A DNA stretch of 64,000 nt from a virus. The notes below the pieces were generated by a model, which worked only from the letters and a program-made list of their open reading frames with translations, had not been told where the DNA came from and ran no database searches. This document shows, in pieces, positions 55,478 through 64,000 of the stretch; the stretch's first letter is position 1; each line of letters begins with the position of its first letter. The stretch covers positions 9,271-73,270 of the IMG/VR virus record IMGVR_UViG_3300037110_000161, one strand, 5' to 3'. The position numbers and the translations under genes are program-made.

Positions 55478-55999
55478 TTGCTGACCTTCAGGCCATCACA
55501 CTTCGAGGGGTTCCAGCGATGCACACCAGGTTTCGCAACCATGACTGCTGCGCCCCACGCGCGGCCCCTGCCCACGGGCCGCCCCGCGGTCGATTCGGCC
55601 ACGGTCGAAAAGGGCAATCGTCTGGCCTGTTGGCTTTGGAGCAACGGGCATAGCGACGTGGAACACATCCCCTTTGGCTACAGGGGAACCGATGAAGTCG
55701 AGCGGCGTTTTGCCGCTATCTTGGATCATGTGGAACGGGTCTGTGCCCGTGAGGGCCGCCTGTGCGATGCCGAATTGATACCCCGGCTGCGCGGCTTGGA
55801 AGGCCGGCAGGTGGTATTGGCGTTTGGCGACGGCCGGCGGGTGCGCTGCCTGATCGGCCAACGGCGTTTCGGCGCGCTGGTCGTGCATGTCGCCAAGCAA
55901 AACGAAAAGGACCACGGCGAACTGCTCACCTTTGGAGCTGTTCGGCTGGTTGAAGTCCTTAACCAGGAGGTTATCCCAGGAGGCGGCAACCTTGCCTGA
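55478..55999 (+). CDS. diverged paralog of 52823-53404
   Basis: CDAELIPRLRGLEGRQV vs CPAELTAQLIGLEGKRV. Confidence 0.65.
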   Translation: MLTFRPSHFEGFQRCTPGFATMTAAPHARPLPTGRPAVDSATVEKGNRLACWLWSNGHSDVEHIPFGYRGTDEVERRFAAILDHVERVCAREGRLCDAELIPRLRGLEGRQVVLAFGDGRRVRCLIGQRRFGALVVHVAKQNEKDHGELLTFGAVRLVEVLNQEVIPGGGNLA

Positions 56000-56244
56000 C
56001 TTCCTGCTCCTGCTGATCCTGTTCTTACTGGCAGCTTGTTCAACCACGCCGGCCTGGTTGCCGTGTCCGGCGGTTGACGCGAGCGGCCTGGCCGTGCCAG
56101 CGGATGTTGGGTCGATCTGGAGGCCAGTCGCGCCAGCCGGCGTGACTGGGCGGGGATGCCGCGTAGACCAAGATCGCAACCTGCGCGGGTCCAACGCTGC
56201 CGGCGGAGCCGACAGACGGTGGATGGGCCCGGCGACTGGTCTAT

Positions 56245-56348
56245 AACCGTGAGCGAAAATCGGTCTTGAATTGGCGAACCCGTTTCCCTCCGTTTCCGGC
56301 GGCCCGCCGGTTGCCGAAATCTTAACCGTGGCGAAAATCGGCCTTGAA
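56245..56348 (+). repeat. 2 x ~26-bp direct repeat
   Basis: AACCGTG(A)GCGAAAATCGG(T/C)CTTGAA at about 56245 and 56324. Confidence 0.7.
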
Positions 56349-57129
56349 CCCGTGGACTTAATTCGTGGCGCGCCCGCGGCCACGCCGCGACTTGAACTTC
56401 GGTCGTGAGGTAGAACAGCTCACGAGTTTGTCAGCACGTTTCGCGGCCGGCCAGCAGCCCTCGCCGATCTTGCAGTCTCGCGGCTGCCGGTGTACCGGCC
56501 AGCTTCACGCGCGGGTTTGACTAGGCCCCGATCGGTGGCACAAAGAAAAGGGCCCGGAGGCCGGGCAGCACGCGCCAGCGTCAAAAGAATTGAACCAAAG
56601 CACCCCGGACCCAGAACCAGGGGAGCCACCACGAGCGGCCACTCGTTTCATCGGTGTCCTGTCGTGTCGCCTTCATGCAACCCGTCAGCCAGGGACAGCG
56701 CAGCGAGCACCCACAGACGACTTGGCAACCTAGATCGACTTTGCCGGCTTCGGCACGCCTTTCGCCCCTGATGGTCAGGTCCCGGAAGTTGAATCCACGC
56801 GGTTGGCCGATCGCCGCGGCCATATTGCCGAGCAGCGTGTAAACGTCTTCGAATATAGCGGCCTCGTCCGACACGGCGTCCGGCTGGCTGGCCGGCGTCG
56901 GCGGGCAACCGAAAACCTTATGGCCCCTCCGCTGCCATACTCCACTCTTTTCGTCGGTTGGCTTCATGTGGTCGTCTTAGAAACGAACGGGACGCCGAAA
57001 ACCTTATGGCCCGACCGGCCGGCGGGAAGGTGAGGCGACCGGGCCGCGGCCGGCCCGGCGAAGAGGTGGGGCGGTGGGGCTGGAAATTGACAATATCCCG
57101 ACGATCGCCAGCGGCCCGCGCAGAAACGC

Positions 57130-57193
57130 GGCGTCGAAAAGTCTCATGGCCCCTTGTCGGACCCTCCCGGGATCCATATGGCGGCTGGCTGGG
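57130..57193 (+). repeat. 64-bp imperfect direct repeat, copy 2
   Basis: matches 48072-48135; core CGAAAACCTTATGGCCC also at 56910 and 56996. Confidence 0.8.
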
Positions 57194-57386
57194 TTACGGT
57201 CAAAGAATCGCCATCGCCTAACTCACCAGCGGAAACGCTCTGCCCCCAGGCAGCCAGATGGCCGCATCATCGAACGGCGCCCGAAAGGATTCGGCGGACG
57301 GAACGAAAGAGTTACGGTTCTCGAAGCTTGTTAGCACCTGCAGGAATTAACAAGCTGGTTTCCGCTAGAGACCGCAACTCGCCCAA

Positions 57387-59174
57387 CTATTGTGCAAAGC
57401 CAAGGATCAATTCGGCTTGATGCCAGTCGGTGAAGGCGTCCCACAGAGGACAACTCCTGCGCTCCCATAATTCGTACGCTAGTCGCCGCGTGGTCAGATC
57501 CCGAATCTCCTGCTCGATGATTTCGATGTCCTCGTCGAATATTCGGCGCTGCGCAAATGCACAGAAGGACTCCCAAATAGACTGGCATAGCGGATTCGCA
57601 ATTCGGCGACTGTTATGGAATCGCTCTTGTAGAAACTCTTCCAGGTGGCTTGGAAACACCGGAAGGCCACCCTCCCATCGTTCGATTCGCCGAGCTGACT
57701 CCCTGTAACTCGCAAACTGCTCTAATTGGGACTCAATCGGAATGCCGAGCGTAACTTCGGCAGCCACCGCGGTCTCAAGTTCGCGCACCCACATGGGCAC
57801 GAAGATTACTCGGTCGCGGATCTGAGCCCATAAGGGCTCCACCTCGGCTGCCAGTCGTTCGATCATTCTCCGAATGTCTGGTACGCAGTGAAACGGAAAT
57901 GGCTCGTACATTACTACCGCGAGAACACAACGCTCCAGCCCCGCGAACTCTTCTAGGCCCGCAGCACCATTGTCGGCACGGTGCAGAAACCGTGCGAACT
58001 GCCGCATAGCCTTAACCAAGCCCTTCCGCAGTTCGTCCTCTTGGTCCGCTACTCGGGCATATCGTTGTACATCAAGCGTTGGCCGCCTGGCTTTACACTC
58101 GAAGAACACCCGGACTTGGTTCGGCCGGGCAAGAATCCAGTCCGGAGTCTGCATGCTCAAATCTGGGCCGTAGGCAAACTCTTCACGAAGATGCTCGTGG
58201 CGCCCGTCAAGTTGACGCAATTGTGCGCCAATGTATTCCTGAAAGACGTCACCCAAGGTCGTGGTCATTGCATTGTCGGCTCGGCCCGTTCGCTGGAAAA
58301 AGACATCCCAAAGATCAAAGTAGAACCCCGCCGCGCCTCGCGTGAACGCAAATATTGGAAATGGCGCACAGTATTCGGACGGGCCAACTCGAACAATTGG
58401 AAAATCACGAAGGATGTTGAACTCGCTGATCCAGTGACCATCTTGGCCGCTCGGATCGCGGTATTTTGAATCTGCTGCCGCGTAACGTAGTCTGAATTCC
58501 TCCGCCGAAAGAGCGATACGCTGCAAGACCCGGGATAGCATCGCGTTTATCTCCTCGCGCCGGGGCCCCTCGGCCACGAAGTTGCTTGGATCAAATGTCC
58601 AGCGATTTGGGTTTGCATTCGTGATCGTCGCATAGAAACTGAACACCGCCAAGCATAGCGTCCACAAATCCTCTGCAGACACGCCAAACTCATTTACGAG
58701 TTCCGCCGACGGATCGGCGACATCGAATCCGCCCTCGGAAATGATATCGTGGAACATCATCCATGTTCGAGCAATAAGTCCGTCAAGCGGATCATCCGCT
58801 GCAACGCGTTGATAGGCTTGGCGGATAAGCATACTCAATACCACACGGTCGGTGTCCGTCTCTGCGGCATGTCGAGAATGCCAAGGTAGAGAATTGGCCG
58901 CCGCGAGCAAGAGAAGCCCTTCTTCCTCCTGTGTCGCGGACCGACGAAGTGGCCGTCCGTTCGGATCCGCCCACAACACCATCGCTTTCGCAAGGATTGC
59001 CAGACTGTGCGAATTGGCAAGACGCAGGGATTCATCCGTTGCGTGAACAAATGTTCGTGCGCTCATCTGTGTCACGAAACGAAGGCCGTCTCGCAGGTCA
59101 ATCTGAGCTACCCAATTGCGCAACTCGACTGGACTGATTTCTCTTCCTAAGCTGACAGTCATCATGGCGGTCAT
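57387..59174 (-). CDS. large protein with PD-(D/E)xK-like nuclease domain and C-terminal DUF2934-like motif
   Basis: GDVFQEYI, TPDWIL, VFFECK; RLAYELWERR...W.QAE. Confidence 0.65.
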   Translation of the reverse strand: MTAMMTVSLGREISPVELRNWVAQIDLRDGLRFVTQMSARTFVHATDESLRLANSHSLAILAKAMVLWADPNGRPLRRSATQEEEGLLLLAAANSLPWHSRHAAETDTDRVVLSMLIRQAYQRVAADDPLDGLIARTWMMFHDIISEGGFDVADPSAELVNEFGVSAEDLWTLCLAVFSFYATITNANPNRWTFDPSNFVAEGPRREEINAMLSRVLQRIALSAEEFRLRYAAADSKYRDPSGQDGHWISEFNILRDFPIVRVGPSEYCAPFPIFAFTRGAAGFYFDLWDVFFQRTGRADNAMTTTLGDVFQEYIGAQLRQLDGRHEHLREEFAYGPDLSMQTPDWILARPNQVRVFFECKARRPTLDVQRYARVADQEDELRKGLVKAMRQFARFLHRADNGAAGLEEFAGLERCVLAVVMYEPFPFHCVPDIRRMIERLAAEVEPLWAQIRDRVIFVPMWVRELETAVAAEVTLGIPIESQLEQFASYRESARRIERWEGGLPVFPSHLEEFLQERFHNSRRIANPLCQSIWESFCAFAQRRIFDEDIEIIEQEIRDLTTRRLAYELWERRSCPLWDAFTDWHQAELILGFAQ

Positions 59175-59213
59175 AAAGTCACCTTTCAGTCTCGGAGAAA
59201 GCCAGGGCGTTAT

Positions 59214-60197
59214 CTATATGGTTGATAGAATGAAAGGCCGAACAGGGTACTTGTACTTTGGGAGAGCGTCTGGAGTAATCTGCTCGGCAGTGAACTTGTT
59301 TGAAATGCAGAGCAGGAAGCCCACCGAGAACAGCCCCTCGTAGTGTTTCAGCTTATCGAGATCCGCTTTGACGAGCGCCCGTGCCTGCGCCGCATTGTAT
59401 TCTTGATTGCGCAGAAACGACTTCAATTCAAGTACCGCAAGGTTTTGAAGCTGCACATCAGGAAAGTGTGTAACGTCCTCTCCGTCAACGCTGATAACGA
59501 TACTTCGCTCGGCCCAAGGTTTGTAGGTGTAGCCGAAGACGTTCACTTTTGTGAGGCAGTCGATGAATGTAATTCGGACCTCGTCCTCGTTAGTAATATC
59601 CGTGTCATCCTCGGCAAGTTGTTGCGCCAAGCGACGCCACGCCAGCAGAACGAAACCATACAGGTTGAAGTAGTCACCGACTAGGCTTCCAGGCGATGCG
59701 ATGATCCAGTTGACATTCTCTTTGCATATCATCGGCGAGTGGCCGTCCTCAATGGCACACGTGTGCGGTGCGGATGCCATATGGTAGGCGCTCTCCACGT
59801 ATCCCGAGCGGAAGTAGACTGCGATCGCCTCCTCTTGGTCGCGGATACGCTCCAGCTTCTCGCCAGCTTCTCCATCAGGCCCTTCTTCGTCCATCGTCTC
59901 AGTAAGAGCCGCAATCTCCTCGCTGGTAGTAAAGAGGGCCTTACCACTGACGATGAATCCATTGGGAAAGCCTGGTTGGACAGTGCAAGAACGCCAAGTC
60001 AAGACATCGTCGAACTTTGTCCGAATGAACTTCTCGACGAATTCCAAGCCGCAAGGGTGTGTCAGGCCGCATTTCCAGCAGCGTACAACCAGTCCGTTCT
60101 CCATGTGTTCAAGATCGTCGCTCTCCAGCAGGAGGTCGCCATCACAGTTGGGGCACGATCCAACCGGCGCAAAAACGTCGGCGAGGGTTAGCGACAT
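59214..60197 (-). CDS. Zn-ribbon plus PD-(D/E)xK-like protein
   Basis: CPNC...CWKC; FPDVQL, VLELK, DLDKL. Confidence 0.55.
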   Translation of the reverse strand: MSLTLADVFAPVGSCPNCDGDLLLESDDLEHMENGLVVRCWKCGLTHPCGLEFVEKFIRTKFDDVLTWRSCTVQPGFPNGFIVSGKALFTTSEEIAALTETMDEEGPDGEAGEKLERIRDQEEAIAVYFRSGYVESAYHMASAPHTCAIEDGHSPMICKENVNWIIASPGSLVGDYFNLYGFVLLAWRRLAQQLAEDDTDITNEDEVRITFIDCLTKVNVFGYTYKPWAERSIVISVDGEDVTHFPDVQLQNLAVLELKSFLRNQEYNAAQARALVKADLDKLKHYEGLFSVGFLLCISNKFTAEQITPDALPKYKYPVRPFILSTI

Positions 60198-60536
60198 GTG
60201 TCAGTTCCTTCCCGTGAAAGATTGCCCGTGTTGGAAGATTCTAATTCCGCCAAAGTCTTCTCACAAGTGGCGTTCGGCCGACGAGTTCGGCCGACATCTC
60301 GCCGAGAGGCCAAGCCAGCCGCCGCGTATTCCGCAGTCGATCACGGATCATAATGCACGCGTTGCCAGCGCGATGGGCAGAACGGCCGTCATCTTCCGTC
60401 GATATGGAACAAGCGGCAAGGGTGGAGTACCCCTATTTTGCCAGTTTTGGGGAATAGCCTGCGTTGACCGCCCGACCTGACGAGCTACGCTTGTTTTAAG
60501 CATCCTCACTGCCACCCCCAACCAGGAGACTGAAAA

Positions 60537-60887
60537 ATGGCAAAGAAGACACGGCGCGGCCAAAAACAATGCCCGAGTTGCAAAGCGTGGATCAAAGGCA
60601 CTCGCGCCAAGAGTTGTCCGAAGTGCGGCTACGATTTCACCAACGGGCGGTCGGCCGCTCACACCCTTGAAGCCACACCCATTGCTGCCGCTGAAACGCC
60701 GACCAAGGTTGCTAATGCTATCACGCTGGAGCAGATCCGGGCCGTTGGTCAGATGGTGAAGACGATTGGCGGATTTCGTCGTCTACATGAAATGCTCGGT
60801 GTCATCAAGGAAGTCGGCGGGCTAAGGAAGTTCAAGGATTTGCTAGACGCGATGGAGGTCACGGAGCCAAGCGAGGCCAAATCCTAG
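60537..60887 (+). CDS. Zn-ribbon protein
   Basis: CPSC...CPKC; AGGAG RBS. Confidence 0.7.
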   Translation: MAKKTRRGQKQCPSCKAWIKGTRAKSCPKCGYDFTNGRSAAHTLEATPIAAAETPTKVANAITLEQIRAVGQMVKTIGGFRRLHEMLGVIKEVGGLRKFKDLLDAMEVTEPSEAKS

Positions 60888-61405
60888 TCCATGTGGATAT
60901 GGTGGCCGCGTTGAAACCGTCCACGCACGAGAAGGGTACAGCCCCACTGCCAAATGCGCTGGCCTCGATCCAGGTCGTGCCAGCGTTGACGAAGTTCTTC
61001 GTCGGCCAGCCAAGTGCGGTGGAACGCGCTTGGGTCTTCAAAGTAGATGCGGTGCCGGTCGTAGCCGATGGCGGCGACCCAGTGCCCGTCGTCCCATAGC
61101 TCCCGGTAAGGCCGATTGGACGTACGATAGGCTTGGAGCGTGATGAGGGTGGGGTGGCCGGCGTCGATACCCCGTCGCAGGTCCGCCAGCCGCATCCGCT
61201 GCCGGGCGCGAAACGGCAGACCATAGTAGTTGAAGGTATTGAGGACGCCAACCGTGCCGGTGCCCGCCTTCGTGGTCCTGGCAAACAAGGCCACGCGATC
61301 CTCACGCTCTTCCACGCCAGCGAAGACCAGGGCCGAAACCAAGAGGTTCGCACCGCAGTCGAAACAGAAAGTCTGCCGGGTCTCGGGATACTCGATGATT
61401 CTCAT
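60884..61405 (-). CDS. C39-family cysteine peptidase, standalone
   Basis: RQTFCFDCGA, GHWV and FEDPS triad motifs; ATG 61405. Confidence 0.8.
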   Translation of the reverse strand: MRIIEYPETRQTFCFDCGANLLVSALVFAGVEEREDRVALFARTTKAGTGTVGVLNTFNYYGLPFRARQRMRLADLRRGIDAGHPTLITLQAYRTSNRPYRELWDDGHWVAAIGYDRHRIYFEDPSAFHRTWLADEELRQRWHDLDRGQRIWQWGCTLLVRGRFQRGHHIHMD

Positions 61406-61677
61406 GGCGAGGCTTTGGCGATGCCGTTCCCTGCACTCATGGGTCACAATAGAGGAATATCTATGGGCAAAAAAATTCATGCAGCAGGCGCACCAATACG
61501 TCCCCGTGGCAAGGGAGCGGATGGCAATGGCAGCCGAGCTGCTTCCCGGCCTGTTCCGGCAGGGCGGCGTTCAGGTAGGAGCGCCGCTTGACTATGGATT
61601 TCGTACTTCGCTAAGGTTGATTCTCTCGGGCACCTGTTCGTATCGCGGAAAGGGCTTTTCACGTGTTCGGCGGGCGA

Positions 61678-62358
61678 TCAGCACGCCGCCGCAGCGCTGG
61701 TTGCGGAGATTGACGATCTCGGTCGTTCACTGTCGCTGGCGCTCTCGCTCCTCGTCTCTCGCATCATGGCCAGGGCCTCTCGCTTGTACCAATCCACGGT
61801 CGTCTTGGGGAGGCCCAGCTTGTCAGCCGCCTCTTGGGCTGTGTAGTTGCCGATGTAGATCAACTGGATCACTTGTTGGTGCATTGGCGGCAAAAGACCC
61901 AGGCAGTGGTCTACCTTGTTCTGGACCAGTTCCGGGACCGCGTACTTCCGTTTGGTCAGGACGTTCTCGTGTTCAAGTTCTTTCTTCGGAGGCATCCAGT
62001 TCTCGGACAGACCTTCGCCTATGTCCCCATACGTGGGCACCAGACGCCGGGTGCGACGGACATCGCGCTGTTGGCGGGTCTCGTGCTCGATATGATTGTG
62101 CAGCAGACGGTCGGCGGTCGTGAAGAGCCACGGCTTGACAGAGCCAAATGCAAAGCGGCCACGATATTGGTCGATCCAGAGATAGATGTCTTGCAAGATG
62201 TCGGCGGCATCGGCCAACAGCGCGGGGGCCATGACCTTGAGGGAGTGGTAAATGAAGCCGTAGAGCGGGCGGTCGTAGCGGGAATACAGTTCAATGAACG
62301 CCGCCTGGTCTCCATGCTGGTACAATTCCATGAGTTCTTCATCGGTCTTGGCTTTCAT
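61678..62358 (-). CDS. ECF-type sigma-70 factor
   Basis: TDEEL, GDQAAF.ELY.RY, DILQD, WLF (region 2); LP...QVI.L....EAA..LG....TV (region 4). Confidence 0.88.
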   Translation of the reverse strand: MKAKTDEELMELYQHGDQAAFIELYSRYDRPLYGFIYHSLKVMAPALLADAADILQDIYLWIDQYRGRFAFGSVKPWLFTTADRLLHNHIEHETRQQRDVRRTRRLVPTYGDIGEGLSENWMPPKKELEHENVLTKRKYAVPELVQNKVDHCLGLLPPMHQQVIQLIYIGNYTAQEAADKLGLPKTTVDWYKREALAMMRETRSESASDSERPRSSISATSAAAAC

Positions 62359-64000
62359 GGGTTCCTCTCCAGTTTCTCCGGTGCTGAAAGGGTGTTACGG
62401 CAGATCGCCACCAGGGCGTTCGTCCAGGATTGGAGGCGTGGCCTGTACTCCAATCCACGCAGGTCGGAAGAAGCCCTTGCGGTGGTTCGCCTTGCCGCAA
62501 TCTCCCCAATGGGCGCCGGGGACTTCGGTAGAGGCAATCGACCTGACAACGGCTCGTGGGGCCGTGCGGATAGCTGCAATCCGCGAGAGGCGCGCAACCT
62601 TGTCGCCGAGGTAGACTCGCGGGTTGTTAAGGCGTGATCCGACATGGGCGCGATGTTCATTACCGGGACGTGGGGCTCTGTCACCGGTTGAATCAGCGTT
62701 GCCTTGGCGGAGTTAGAGCGAAAATGGCAGGTGGGCGGGGGATTTACCGTTGCGGCCGGCGGGCAGAGGCCGCTTGTGATGATCGTGTCGGTCCGTTGGC
62801 CTGCTCGGTCTCGCATCGGAGTTTGGTATGGCAGCGCGCACCGCGACCCCGGATCAATGTTGGGGATTGCCTGCGGTCGGATGTGGAAGAAGAACCGCAG
62901 GGTTTTTGGTGCCGAAAAGCCCTTCTGCCAACTGAAATATAGGTCATCCTCGGGCTAGGTGCCGCGCTGGCAGTAGGTTTGCGGGCCATGTTAGGGGCAT
63001 GTTACAAAACTGTTCGCCGCTAATCGGTAGCACCGTAGCGTCTCGGCGTTTGGCCGATGCTTCCACGCGCTTACCCACAGAAACCTCTATGCCAGGAGGC
63101 ATCAGCACGTCACAAATCCCTGTTCTCTCTGAGCTACAGCGGGGGTCGCGACAATTTTGTACATGACATTCTCCCAGGCTATTGCGCATTTACTCTGCCG
63201 GAGTGGGATTTCTTGCACGCGATCTTTTGTGTCCTGTCGTGAGCTTCCGCCATTCTTTGGTTACATCCACAAAACATCGAGTGCTCGGGGTGGAAATCGC
63301 GGTGGGCGGCTGGATTTTGTGGCCGCAAGTCGGCGTGACGACTGGTTGTGACGACAGTCCCAGTCTTGCGGGCGCGCGGCCAGAGGAACGTGGCCCGGCG
63401 GCAGGATGCGGGACTCACATTGCAAGGGCTGGCTTTGCCACCGGGCTGATCCATTTTGCCGGTGGGGAGATACCGGGCAAGAATGTCGGCCGGGATGTGA
63501 TCGTCCCCGGGCGTGCTGCCACGGTTCTCAAACGCCTTGCATTGGTGGACCCCAAAGGCCGGTCTTCCGCGACGAGGATGGAATTCTCTCGACCAATGCC
63601 GCATATTCAGGATTCAGCAAACGCAGCGTGCTGAGGATCAGCGTCCCAGCCGGCTGAGCCCTGGAAGCGGGTCCACAGATCCAACCGGCGAGGACACTGG
63701 CAGCCGAGGTTCTCTGATCGACACGAGGTCGACGTAACAGTGATAAGAGATGCTGATCGGCCGGTCAACGCAAATTCGCGGTCAGTTTCCGCTATCAGTG
63801 CGGTTTGCGGGAGCGGCATTCAGATGTCGCATCCAACTTTCCTGCCGTCGCATGACGCGCAAATGGATTCTTTGGGGTGGTTCTAAAACATCGCTTGAGG
63901 GAACGAGGGATCAGGGCTAGCATCAAACAATCGCGCTGCGGTTGCGTGGCGTGGATGAGGAAGTCAGCCGTTTAGGGCTGTGCTGGTGAGGTTGGCGAGG

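Noticed and set aside
62400-64000. Short ORFs, tRNA or attachment site at the right end
   Set aside because: No motifs, RBS, cloverleaf or matching repeat could be identified by eye.
1-64000. Diversity-generating retroelement or retron
   Set aside because: No reverse transcriptase motif and no adenine-specific TR/VR pair were seen.

Overview
GC-rich tailed-phage/prophage-like region; the host is inferred (not shown) to be Planctomycetota-like. 1-24.9 kb (minus strand): siphovirus-type morphogenesis operon with terS-like gene, a block of envelope/protease genes, GpA-type terminase, portal, two collagen-like fibres, GT4 glycosyltransferase, head-tail adaptor, scaffold, P22-like major capsid, neck/tail genes, frameshifting tail chaperone, tape measure and tail-tip proteins. 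25.8-33.9 kb: a tightly coupled six-gene island (HD phosphohydrolase, ORC/CDC6-like ATPase, CARF-like protein, EndoIII-C5 methyltransferase fusion, ThyX, Ser/Thr kinase), the best candidate for an undescribed defence/DNA-modification system. 34-43 kb: ART-like protein, permuted GHKL ATPase, SprT-like protein and an active/inactive pair of serine recombinases. 43-57 kb: iteron-like cluster, two arrays of small acidic early-type genes (one Ocr-like) bracketed by direct repeats, and a family of promoters with 16-bp spacers. 57-62.4 kb: two PD-(D/E)xK-like genes, a C39 peptidase and an ECF sigma factor. Scaffold and capsid share a 15-aa N-terminal leader. No integrase, repressor, endolysin, tRNA or CRISPR array was recognised. 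All calls are by-eye motif recognition; no database searches were run.
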